DNA from: a virus | Taxonomy: Duplodnaviria; Caudoviricetes | DNA: 35,493 bases | IMG/VR virus record: IMGVR_UViG_3300020045_002709 | Location: 1-35,493 of that record | Strand: one strand, 5' to 3' | Part shown: in pieces, positions 1 to 7,320 of the stretch | Layout of the letters: every line of letters starts with the position of its first letter | How positions within the stretch are numbered: the stretch's first letter is position 1 | Program-made: the position numbers and the translations under genes | Notes under the pieces: generated by a model | Told to the model about the DNA's origin: nothing | Database searches by the model: none | Seen by the model: only the letters and a program-made list of their open reading frames with translations

Positions 1-213
1 TATCTTTACCTGCAAGGTACAGGTATCACATCGCTTCCCGAACGTCTGACTGTTGGTGGTTATCTTGACCTTAAAGGAACAGGTATCACATCGCTTCCCG
101 AAAATCTGACCGTTGGCGGTTATCTTGACCTTAGAGGAACAGGTATCACATCGCTTCCCGAAGGCTTGACCGTTGGCGGTTCTCTTGACCTTAGCGGAAC
201 GGGCATCACATCC
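1..213 (+). repeat. 60-bp coding tandem repeat, about 3.5 copies visible
   Basis: Units start at 1, 61, 121 and 181. The core ACAGGTATCACATCGCTTCCCGAA is identical at 19, 79 and 139. Confidence 0.95.
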
Positions 214-672
214 ACGGAAAAAGTAATAAGAAATCCACCAACGGTTTATTTTTTTAGAAACCGAAAATACATCAAAGCGGATGGTATTTTTTCCGAAGTA
301 ATTAACGAAAGAGGCAATCTGTTCAAAATTCGGAGTATTGGCGCAAGTAATGTCACATTCTTAGTTACAGACGGACAAAACCATTGGTCACACGGAAATA
401 CACTTAAAGAGGCAAAAGATGATTTGATTTTCAAGGTTTGCGACAGAAATAAATCAGATTATGAACATCTGAAGCTTGATAGCGAATTAACCCATTCCGA
501 AGCAATTGCTTGTTATCGTGTTGTAACTGGGGCTTGCAGTTTTGGCACGAAAGATTTTGTCAATAATCGACTGAACGGACACAAGAAAGCAAAGTACACT
601 ATTGCCGATATAATCAAAATAACGGAAGGAGAATATGGAAACAAAACATTTGCTAACTTCTTTAAAAATTAA
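1..672 (+). CDS. Leucine-rich-repeat-like phage protein (5' truncated)
   Basis: Frame 1 is open from base 1: YLYLQGTGITSLPERLTVGG-YLDLKGTGITSLPENLTVGG-YLDLRGTGITSLPEGLTVGG-SLDLSGTGITS, then a C-terminal domain (HGNTLKEAKDDL...YRVVTGACSFGT). The ORF-track start at 166 is internal. Confidence 0.8.
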   Translation, partial: YLYLQGTGITSLPERLTVGGYLDLKGTGITSLPENLTVGGYLDLRGTGITSLPEGLTVGGSLDLSGTGITSTEKVIRNPPTVYFFRNRKYIKADGIFSEVINERGNLFKIRSIGASNVTFLVTDGQNHWSHGNTLKEAKDDLIFKVCDRNKSDYEHLKLDSELTHSEAIACYRVVTGACSFGTKDFVNNRLNGHKKAKYTIADIIKITEGEYGNKTFANFFKN

Positions 673-676
673 AATC

Positions 677-889
677 ATGCCCTACGAAAAAATCAAAAAG
701 CACATCGGATTCACCATCGATGAACGAATCAAGGAGAAAGGAAAGCCGAAAAGCAAGGTAATCGAGCAAGGACGCATCAACAAGAACGCCCTGCACAATG
801 TAATCAACGGCCGTACATCATACGGTATTGACAACCTTTTAGTGGTTTTGGATGCTGTGGATATGGAGCTAATCGTGCGTAATAAGTAA
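677..889 (+). CDS. Cro/C1-type HTH DNA-binding protein
   Basis: ATG at 677 just after the previous stop. IKEKGKPKSKVIEQGRINKNALHNVINGRTSYGIDNLLVVLDAV fits an XRE-like pattern. Confidence 0.6.
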   Translation: MPYEKIKKHIGFTIDERIKEKGKPKSKVIEQGRINKNALHNVINGRTSYGIDNLLVVLDAVDMELIVRNK

Positions 890-893
890 AGCT

Positions 894-1175
894 ATGGATG
901 CTATTTTAATCATTTTACTGCTTATTATGGTCTATGCGTTCCTTATCCATGTCACTAGACCACGTTTCGACCTCAATACAGCCGTTTCTGACGGTGCAAT
1001 AGTCACGGACGGAGAAAGTCGAATCGAAGTGGTTTGCACGGCATCAACAAGCTCGCAGGCGGTTTTTACGGACGCTATCGGTACGTGTTACCATTGCGAC
1101 CACACTGGACGGGTATTTCAACAGAATATACACATGGAATTAGTAAAGTCAAACCTTAAAATAATCAACCTATGA
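894..1175 (+). CDS. Hypothetical protein with N-terminal membrane anchor
   Basis: Hydrophobic N-terminus; tightly packed with neighbours. Confidence 0.6.
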   Translation: MDAILIILLLIMVYAFLIHVTRPRFDLNTAVSDGAIVTDGESRIEVVCTASTSSQAVFTDAIGTCYHCDHTGRVFQQNIHMELVKSNLKIINL

Positions 1176-1657
1176 AAACATTAACAGTGAAACAGCCTTG
1201 GGCATCATTGATTTGTTCTGGCATAAAGGATATTGAAAATCGAACATGGAAAACGAGTTTTCGTGGACGTATATTAATTCAGGCATCCGCTAAGCCTTCA
1301 ATGTTGCATCCTATTTCTAGCATTTTATCAAAAGAGCAGATTGATTCAATTGATAAAAATTCGAGCGAATTTAACGCAATGATATTTAGCTCAATAATTG
1401 GAAGTGTTGAAATTATTGATTGTCGCATAAACTACCCATCTATTTGGGCGGAAAAATCACGTTGGTACGGACAAAACATATCGGCTTCTCACGGATGCAA
1501 ACATTCAGACTTCCCCGATGACAATCCCATTTACAATTGGGTGCTTACAAATCCTATAATGTTCGCTGAACCTATTCCATGCAAAGGAAAACTATCATTA
1601 TGGGATTATCCAATTACAGAGGAAGAATTGTCAAACCTTAAAATTGTGAACAAATGA
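1172..1657 (+). CDS. ASCH domain protein
   Basis: LTVKQPWASLICSGIKDIENRTW..FRGRILIQAS (GxKxxExR motif), IIGSVEIIDC, PCKGKLSLW. Confidence 0.9.
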   Translation: MKTLTVKQPWASLICSGIKDIENRTWKTSFRGRILIQASAKPSMLHPISSILSKEQIDSIDKNSSEFNAMIFSSIIGSVEIIDCRINYPSIWAEKSRWYGQNISASHGCKHSDFPDDNPIYNWVLTNPIMFAEPIPCKGKLSLWDYPITEEELSNLKIVNK

Positions 1658-2187
1658 AAAACAAAAATCCAATTTGTATTTACGACAAAAAAGAATGTAC
1701 GAATTTTGATTCTATGCTTTGTCATGCTGAATGTGAGATGTGCACAAGATACGGAAATGGTGTTAGAGCAACGGGAGAAATGCCCGCACTACGGCAATTT
1801 TACCACACGTTCAAATCTTTGGAAATGTGGTATAAAATTTGGCGGATGAAGGAGGGAATGGACGCTGAGTCGAAATTAAAAACATTCTGCCATAAAATGA
1901 AGCACTACAAATCGAGGTGCTACGTTTCGGGAAAGATTAGCGGATTGGATGATTTCGAGTGGAATTTTCACGAATCATCAAAGAAGGTTGCCGAACTTGG
2001 TTTTATTCCTGTCAATCCTTGCAATCTTCCACCGAGAAAGTCATGGACTGCCTTCATGTTTTGGGACTTGCTCGAAATGTGTACTTGTCGGAATGCGTAC
2101 TTTATGGCAAACCATACGGACAGCCGTGGTGCGAAAATTGAGCTAATATTTGCGAAACTTGCGCTAAAACACATCATCTATGAATAG
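1654..2187 (+). CDS. DUF4406 / nucleoside deoxyribosyltransferase-like protein with Cys-rich N-terminus
   Basis: C-terminal YVSGKISG..NF..GFIPVNP..W..DL..DSRGAKIE motif. Confidence 0.7.
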   Translation: MKNKNPICIYDKKECTNFDSMLCHAECEMCTRYGNGVRATGEMPALRQFYHTFKSLEMWYKIWRMKEGMDAESKLKTFCHKMKHYKSRCYVSGKISGLDDFEWNFHESSKKVAELGFIPVNPCNLPPRKSWTAFMFWDLLEMCTCRNAYFMANHTDSRGAKIELIFAKLALKHIIYE

Positions 2188-2527
2188 CTTATCCAAACTT
2201 ACCCGCATATCCATACTGCAAGGAAATGAGTATTGCGACTTTGTAAAGGTCAGCGATGTTGAGAAATTGATGGCTGAAAAGAATAAGGCTACATTATTGA
2301 TTAAATCACTAAATGAAACTATTGAAGTTGAATTGACTGATTGCGGGGCAACACATTTGAATAAGTATCACAAGGAATTAAGCGAAAAGTTTAAAACTGT
2401 TACATGGAAATTTGACTATAAAGAATGCGACATTTACAAAGATCAAGCATACAGCATTTTTTCAGTATTTGAGCCATTTTTTCATGCTGGTGCGTCAATG
2501 CCTTTTATAAATTTACGAACAATTTAA
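2180..2527 (+). CDS. Hypothetical protein
   Basis: 115-aa ORF overlapping the upstream gene. Confidence 0.6.
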   Translation: MNSLSKLTRISILQGNEYCDFVKVSDVEKLMAEKNKATLLIKSLNETIEVELTDCGATHLNKYHKELSEKFKTVTWKFDYKECDIYKDQAYSIFSVFEPFFHAGASMPFINLRTI

Positions 2528-2539
2528 AATCCGAAACAA

Positions 2540-3097
2540 ATGAAAACAGGGCAGAAGGTTATATTGAAAAGAAACCCGCTTGATGAGCAACTTGGTGAAT
2601 CAATTACTCTTGGCATAAAGACTATTACAGACACAAAAGACGTTAGCCACTTAAAAGGAACAAGTGGGCTATGGGTGAAAATTGAAGGACATGATGATTG
2701 GATTGACTCAGCTTGTTTTGCAGAAATGACAGACGAACAAGCAGCTAAAGACTACGCCGAAAATAAACACGGTAATTTATCAATAGTTTGCAACGTTGAT
2801 ACAATGATTGAAGAATCAAAGGATGATTATCTTGCAGGTTGCCAACACGCACGAGCCGAAACCAATTCAGACGTAATGCAAGCCTTAGCCGATGTCCGAG
2901 CCGAGGAAATGCAGAAGGGGTTATGCTTTGCGGAATGGATTAGCCAAATCGGATTTAATTACAAGGATATTGATTCTATTTGGTGGAGGGTTATTAAATA
3001 TGAGGCCGATGGTTTAAAGATGGTAAGTTCCACCACCTCCGAACTTTTCACCTCCCCCGAATTCCTTGCCTATTACGAAGAAATGAGGGCAAAATGA
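2540..3097 (+). CDS. Hypothetical protein
   Basis: 185-aa ORF with an A-rich start context. Confidence 0.65.
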   Translation: MKTGQKVILKRNPLDEQLGESITLGIKTITDTKDVSHLKGTSGLWVKIEGHDDWIDSACFAEMTDEQAAKDYAENKHGNLSIVCNVDTMIEESKDDYLAGCQHARAETNSDVMQALADVRAEEMQKGLCFAEWISQIGFNYKDIDSIWWRVIKYEADGLKMVSSTTSELFTSPEFLAYYEEMRAK

Positions 3098-3288
3098 GAA
3101 TAATTGGAGGTATTCAAGACACAAGGACAAACCAAGAAGATTTTGCATTGACTCCGTTTCTTTTCCTAGTTTATGTAAAATTAAAGGCATACGGACTTGG
3201 TTTATGTTGGGGTTATTATGCCATATTTATTGGACTTGGATGTAATATGCCAAAACATATGCCGTCATTTTTAAAGCATATAAAATGA
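3094..3288 (+). CDS. Small hydrophobic hypothetical protein
   Basis: ATGA overlaps at both ends. Confidence 0.55.
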   Translation: MRIIGGIQDTRTNQEDFALTPFLFLVYVKLKAYGLGLCWGYYAIFIGLGCNMPKHMPSFLKHIK

Positions 3289-3419
3289 AAATAGCATTTC
3301 CAAAACCACTAGGCGGTGAATACCACTTAATCGGTATCTACTTCCGAGATCCATTTTTGACGCATGGATACATAATTGAATTGTTGCTGTTTAATTGTTG
3401 CTTGCAAATTGAGCTATGA
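3285..3419 (+). CDS. 44-aa hypothetical protein (not in ORF track)
   Basis: MKIAFPKPLGG...CLQIEL*; ATGA overlaps at both ends. Confidence 0.5.
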   Translation: MKIAFPKPLGGEYHLIGIYFRDPFLTHGYIIELLLFNCCLQIEL

Positions 3420-3577
3420 CACACGACCAAATTAAACAACTAGCCGAAAAACGCTACCAGATGCCAATTAACGGAAATAGTTTCGACCGTGAAGATTTTG
3501 AATTACGCAAATTGATGGTGCAGGTTCAGCGAAAGGCGTGGATTGAAGGGTATGAACAAGGATATTTAGCACAATGA
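3416..3577 (+). CDS. 53-aa hypothetical protein (not in ORF track)
   Basis: MTHDQIKQLAEKRY...RKAWIEGYEQGYLAQ*; ends just before a hairpin. Confidence 0.6.
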   Translation: MTHDQIKQLAEKRYQMPINGNSFDREDFELRKLMVQVQRKAWIEGYEQGYLAQ

Positions 3578-3582
3578 TTTTA

Positions 3583-3610
3583 GAGCCTCCAACAATTCGG
3601 GGGCTTTATT
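3583..3610 (+). terminator. Putative intrinsic terminator
   Basis: GAGCCTCC-aacaattc-GGGGGCTT (with G-U pairs) followed by TATT. Confidence 0.55.
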
Positions 3611-3654
3611 GTGAAATTTTATACCGAAAAAATACAAAAGTGTGCTATTATCGT

Positions 3655-3662
3655 TATATTTG
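3655..3662 (+). promoter_or_regulatory. Bacteroidota -7 promoter element for the peptide/lysis unit
   Basis: TATATTTG matches TAnnTTTG; intergenic, about 40 nt before ATG 3700. Confidence 0.65.
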
Positions 3663-3699
3663 CAAAGTAGAATGAATGTTTAACTAATATTTATGCAGT

Positions 3700-3786
3700 A
3701 TGAAAAAGTACAAGATTGAACCGGATGATGGTGGAGAATTGCCCGATGATATGCCTCCAACCGTTCCAACTCCTAAAAAGCCGTGA
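3700..3786 (+). CDS. 28-aa acidic/Pro-rich peptide (not in ORF track)
   Basis: MKKYKIEPDDGGELPDDMPPTVPTPKKP*; the stop overlaps the next GTG start (GTGA). Confidence 0.6.
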   Translation: MKKYKIEPDDGGELPDDMPPTVPTPKKP

Positions 3787-4172
3787 GAAGCAAGGCTCTG
3801 ATATTGTTAGTCAAGTATTTCCCAATAGCATCGAACATTAACCTGCTATTGCTGATGTCCTGCCTGCTTATCGGAGTCGATTACCGTCCGCAAACATCAT
3901 ATTTTCTAGGTGCTTCGTTTTGGCCTTTATCCGTTTTTTGGATACTATCATATACCTTGCATTTCTGCTTATGGCATCGCATTTTGTTGGCTAGCACAAC
4001 ATTTTATGCGGTGCTTTCTTTTTTAGGAAACAACGGTGTAGAATTTAATTATTATCTTTACCTCGCTTTAACTATTAATTTAATCTGCTTGCTTACCGCA
4101 TTAATACTTTACAAACGGGATGGATGCTACATTAAAAAAGTTAGTCCGAGGGATAAGGAAGTTAGCGAATGA
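3783..4172 (+). CDS. Multi-pass (about 4 TM) membrane protein with FCxWHR motif
   Basis: Four hydrophobic segments; LSYTLHFCLWHRILL. Confidence 0.75.
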   Translation: MRSKALILLVKYFPIASNINLLLLMSCLLIGVDYRPQTSYFLGASFWPLSVFWILSYTLHFCLWHRILLASTTFYAVLSFLGNNGVEFNYYLYLALTINLICLLTALILYKRDGCYIKKVSPRDKEVSE

Positions 4173-4356
4173 AATCGAGTGCGGACTTTGCGACCGCATG
4201 GATGAACAGACATACAAACAATTTCTCGATGGTCTGTATATGATTATTGAGGCAAAAAAAAAGACTGATGGAAGACCTGATAGACCTAGCAAAATTACTT
4301 GCAACCGCCCTGCTTACTTTCGGTGGATCTGTGTTTTATTTCAAGGCAAAAAATAA
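4120..4356 (+). CDS. Small helical hypothetical protein (3' end uncertain)
   Basis: MDATLKKLVRGIRKLANEIECGLCD...; contains an A9 run at 4254-4262 and overlaps the next gene by 89 nt. Confidence 0.55.
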   Translation: MDATLKKLVRGIRKLANEIECGLCDRMDEQTYKQFLDGLYMIIEAKKKTDGRPDRPSKITCNRPAYFRWICVLFQGKK

Positions 4357-4678
4357 AAAGCTGAACGCAGAGGCCGAAAAGATTGAAGCCGAAACGGACA
4401 CCACTACCGTAGCACTACTAACGTCAGCCATTGACGGATTGGAACGCATTTACAGCCTAAAATTCAAAACGTTCGAGGAAACATACGAACTGAAATTAAA
4501 GCACCTCACAGACCAGATATCAGACCTTAACGGTAAGTTGGATAAAACAGAAAAGGTTTACAAGATCGACCGTGAGCTTTTGGCGATTTACAAAAAGGCT
4601 GCCGAAAAAATGAAGGACTGCCCGAACTTTGAGCAGTGCCCAGGTGCAAGGGAATTTCATAGACTAACGAAAATATAA
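4268..4678 (+). CDS. Holin-like / membrane-anchored coiled-coil protein
   Basis: Probable ATG at 4268; one N-terminal TM then coiled coil; directly upstream of the endolysin. Confidence 0.6.
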   Translation: MEDLIDLAKLLATALLTFGGSVFYFKAKNKKLNAEAEKIEAETDTTTVALLTSAIDGLERIYSLKFKTFEETYELKLKHLTDQISDLNGKLDKTEKVYKIDRELLAIYKKAAEKMKDCPNFEQCPGAREFHRLTKI

Positions 4679-4679
4679 G

Positions 4680-5195
4680 ATGGCAAAAATCGACAATTAC
4701 GCTTTAAAGCTTTGGGACTTGGAAGGCGGTTTCGTAAATCACAAGGATGACAAAGGCGGTGCGACAAATCGTGGAATTACGTTTACCACCTACAAGGAAT
4801 ACCGAGCCGATAAAGGACTCACAGAACCAACGCTGAACGATCTTAGAAACGTAGGATTTGCCGAATACAAGGAAATACTTCGTTGGCATTCGTGGGATAC
4901 ATGGCAGGCAGATAAAATCAATTCGCAGCAAGTGGCTGAAATACTTGTCGATTGGGTTTACAATTCAGGTTCGTGGGGTATTAAGAAACCGCAAACATTT
5001 CTAGGATTGAAACCTGATGGATTGGTAGGGCAAAAAACACTTAAGGCCGTGAACGATTACGACCCTAGATTATTGTTTACCCACATCAAGTCAATGCGGA
5101 AAGAGTTTTATCTGAACATCGTAAAATCGAACCCATCGCAAAAGGTATTCCTAAAAGGGTGGTTGAATAGGATTGATTCATTTAATTATGTTTAG
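4680..5195 (+). CDS. Endolysin, glycoside hydrolase family 108
   Basis: EGGFVNHKDDKGGATNRGIT, DWVYNSG, PDGLVGQKT, FLKGWLNR. Confidence 0.93.
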   Translation: MAKIDNYALKLWDLEGGFVNHKDDKGGATNRGITFTTYKEYRADKGLTEPTLNDLRNVGFAEYKEILRWHSWDTWQADKINSQQVAEILVDWVYNSGSWGIKKPQTFLGLKPDGLVGQKTLKAVNDYDPRLLFTHIKSMRKEFYLNIVKSNPSQKVFLKGWLNRIDSFNYV

Positions 5196-5346
5196 TCATC
5201 TACCATACCGCAAGCAGTTTTTCAAGACCATCCAAATGTCTGACGTTCGTGTGATATTGGAATTTGAAACGATTATACGGAATTATCTTAAAATGGATAT
5301 GCTCACTAAAGAATTAGAAAATGAAAAACTTTTGGAACTTCATTAA
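5188..5346 (+). CDS. 52-aa hypothetical protein (not in ORF track)
   Basis: MFSHLPYRKQFF...EKLLELH*; fills the gap between endolysin and holin. Confidence 0.35.
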   Translation: MFSHLPYRKQFFKTIQMSDVRVILEFETIIRNYLKMDMLTKELENEKLLELH

Positions 5347-5521
5347 AACCGCACTTTCTTCTAACTCCGAAGCTAGTGCAAAGCGTATCAACGGTACGAT
5401 AGGCTATTTGGCCTGTGTAGTCTGTATCTGTGGGTGGCATCCCGAACTACTTTCCCAACTGCTGTTTATTTCAGCAGGACTTTTGGCGGCTGGACTTCTT
5501 GAAAAGGCACAACAGAAATGA
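5321..5521 (+). CDS. Putative holin (2 TM)
   Basis: 66 aa, two hydrophobic helices after SAKR, lysis-cassette context. Confidence 0.6.
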   Translation: MKNFWNFIKTALSSNSEASAKRINGTIGYLACVVCICGWHPELLSQLLFISAGLLAAGLLEKAQQK

Positions 5522-6024
5522 AACGGTTAATCTATTTATTGCCGTTATTGCTTATTGGTTGTCGGCCTTTAATCAATCTGACATCACAAGAATACGTTAG
5601 GGTAGAGGTTAGGGATACCGTGATATTTACAAAGCTTGTGCCTTATTCGGTGGCAATTAAAACAAAGGATACCATATCCAAGTTAGAAACGCCTTACGCT
5701 CGATCAATTGCTATGTGGTCGAACGGGTTTCTATCCCACAACATAACCACCAAGGATACAATCATAGGAAACATGGTTTCCGTGCCAACCACGACACGAA
5801 CGGTCGTAAAACAAGTAAATGCACTATCTAAGGAACAAAAGGCTAAAATCGAAGCCTATGACGGTTTAAATGACGATATAAAGCGGCTGAATAAAGACGT
5901 AGTGAAATTGAAGGCATCGAACAAGGATAAAACCGCATTGATCTGGAAACTGATAGTAGCACTTGGATTGTGTGGCGTGTGGATTTTGCGAAAGCCGATA
6001 GGTGCATTAATCAAATTGCTGTAA
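5518..6024 (+). CDS. Putative unimolecular spanin (lipoprotein with C-terminal TM)
   Basis: Lipobox LLIG-C, beta-rich then coiled-coil middle, C-terminal TM LIWKLIVALGLCGVWIL. Confidence 0.7.
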   Translation: MKRLIYLLPLLLIGCRPLINLTSQEYVRVEVRDTVIFTKLVPYSVAIKTKDTISKLETPYARSIAMWSNGFLSHNITTKDTIIGNMVSVPTTTRTVVKQVNALSKEQKAKIEAYDGLNDDIKRLNKDVVKLKASNKDKTALIWKLIVALGLCGVWILRKPIGALIKLL

Positions 6025-6027
6025 ATG

Positions 6028-6062
6028 AAAAAGGCCTCCAAATCGGAAGCCTTCTTTTTTTT
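6028..6062. terminator. Bidirectional intrinsic terminator
   Basis: A-tract, AAGGCCTCC-aaatc-GGAAGCCTT, T-tract, between convergent genes. Confidence 0.75.
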
Positions 6063-6074
6063 GTGGTTTGCGTA

Positions 6075-6548
6075 TCACTGATAATTTAGCGTGACATTGA
6101 AAATTCCACTATATTCGCCAAAGTTAGCTATTGCAGGGATAGAGAGCTTTCCGCCTACTATTATTGAGCAAGCTCCATTCGGGTCGGTTTTAATCATGCC
6201 ATTCGTTAGGTTTGACGTAAACGAAGAAACGTACAGCGTGGTGCTTCCGTTTGTCATTGATGCGGTTTGAGGCAGTGATACGGTTATGTAACAGTTTGGC
6301 ATAGCCGACACGCTGAGAACGCAAGGACTGGCAACGCCACGTGAGGCTATTGAACCCGTTAATACCGTTGATGCGTCAGTTGCAACAGTTAGCGTTCCTT
6401 CGCCAGTAACAGCGATGTTTGAAAAATCGAGCCATGATGCTTCGGTAATAGAAATGCCTTTGGAAAGGAATGCACGGCAATGCCCTTGAAATGATTGACC
6501 AAACGCCACAAGAGGCAGAAAAAGGAATAGGAATGTGAGTTTCTTCAT
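6075..6548 (-). CDS. Secreted DUF4402-like beta protein (moron)
   Basis: Signal peptide MKKLTFLFLFLPLVAFG/Q; LDFSNI; C-terminal VGGKLSI...GEYSGIFNVTLNY. Confidence 0.75.
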   Translation of the reverse strand: MKKLTFLFLFLPLVAFGQSFQGHCRAFLSKGISITEASWLDFSNIAVTGEGTLTVATDASTVLTGSIASRGVASPCVLSVSAMPNCYITVSLPQTASMTNGSTTLYVSSFTSNLTNGMIKTDPNGACSIIVGGKLSIPAIANFGEYSGIFNVTLNYQ

Positions 6549-6591
6549 TGTGATTAATTATTAAACCCCGAAACTGAATTGTAACGGGGTT

Positions 6592-6622
6592 CAAATGTAG
6601 GAATAAGATTTCAAATATCAAA
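6592..6622 (-). promoter_or_regulatory. Bacteroidota -33/-7 promoter for the moron
   Basis: Minus strand TTTG-N19-TACATTTG; a hairpin AACCCCG/CGGGGTT (6564-6591) lies in the leader. Confidence 0.7.
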
Positions 6623-7087
6623 CTACCGATTCAGAAATATTGCTAATAGTATCGTAAAATACGCAAGGCATTCAATCCACCATGTATGGTTTTTCGGTTT
6701 GTATTTTGCCATCAAGTAAATCCCAAGCATGGACGGAAGGGCAACCCACCAAAACGATGTAGTAAGAATCCAAACGAAGGCCGTTAATATTCCCCCTTCC
6801 GCACCTATTGTATGCCACTTCTTTTGGCTAGGCAGTTTGTCATCACAAAGCACGCCTACGGTAGAAAGCAAGAATCCAGCTAAGAAAAGTATTAAGTCCT
6901 TCCAAACGCTTTGTCCTAATCCTGCCAAAACCAAAGGTATTGTATAACCCCAAGTCGACAGAATGAACATCCACTTTTCGCTTTGCTTCAAATTGTGATA
7001 TGAGGCAGAAATGCTACGCTGCACACCGTACCGAAGTGCGATGTACAGGACGTAGGCGGTGAATATGCTAAATGATAGGACTAACAC
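6623..7087 (-). CDS. Multi-pass membrane protein
   Basis: 154 aa with 5-6 hydrophobic segments. Confidence 0.7.
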   Translation of the reverse strand: MLVLSFSIFTAYVLYIALRYGVQRSISASYHNLKQSEKWMFILSTWGYTIPLVLAGLGQSVWKDLILFLAGFLLSTVGVLCDDKLPSQKKWHTIGAEGGILTAFVWILTTSFWWVALPSMLGIYLMAKYKPKNHTWWIECLAYFTILLAIFLNR

Positions 7088-7316
7088 TTGGTGTCGGGTT
7101 TAGTTTTTCAATTTCCTTTGCAGAAAGCTTGAACGGTAATTTGTCAGCCTTAAACACAATGTTCGTGTCGGACTTGATAATTTGTTCGCTTGCGTCCGTT
7201 GCGTCCGTTGCTTCGACTTTCACCACCTGTGATATGTTGCACAGGCAGTCCCCGTTCGGGTATCGCTTCATAATTTCGGCCACATTGTAGCCGTTAAAAT
7301 CAATGGTCTTTTTCAT
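7068..7316 (-). CDS. Hypothetical protein
   Basis: 82 aa; starts 4 nt after the tail-fibre stop. Confidence 0.6.
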   Translation of the reverse strand: MKKTIDFNGYNVAEIMKRYPNGDCLCNISQVVKVEATDATDASEQIIKSDTNIVFKADKLPFKLSAKEIEKLNPTPSVSPII

Positions 7317-7320
7317 ATTC

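Noticed and set aside
1-213. CRISPR-like spacing (24-bp identical core, 36-bp gaps)
   Set aside because: The gaps are similar to each other and the unit is an in-frame 20-aa protein repeat.
7190-7211. 9-bp tandem TTGCGTCCG
   Set aside because: Trivial in-frame duplication (ATD ATD).
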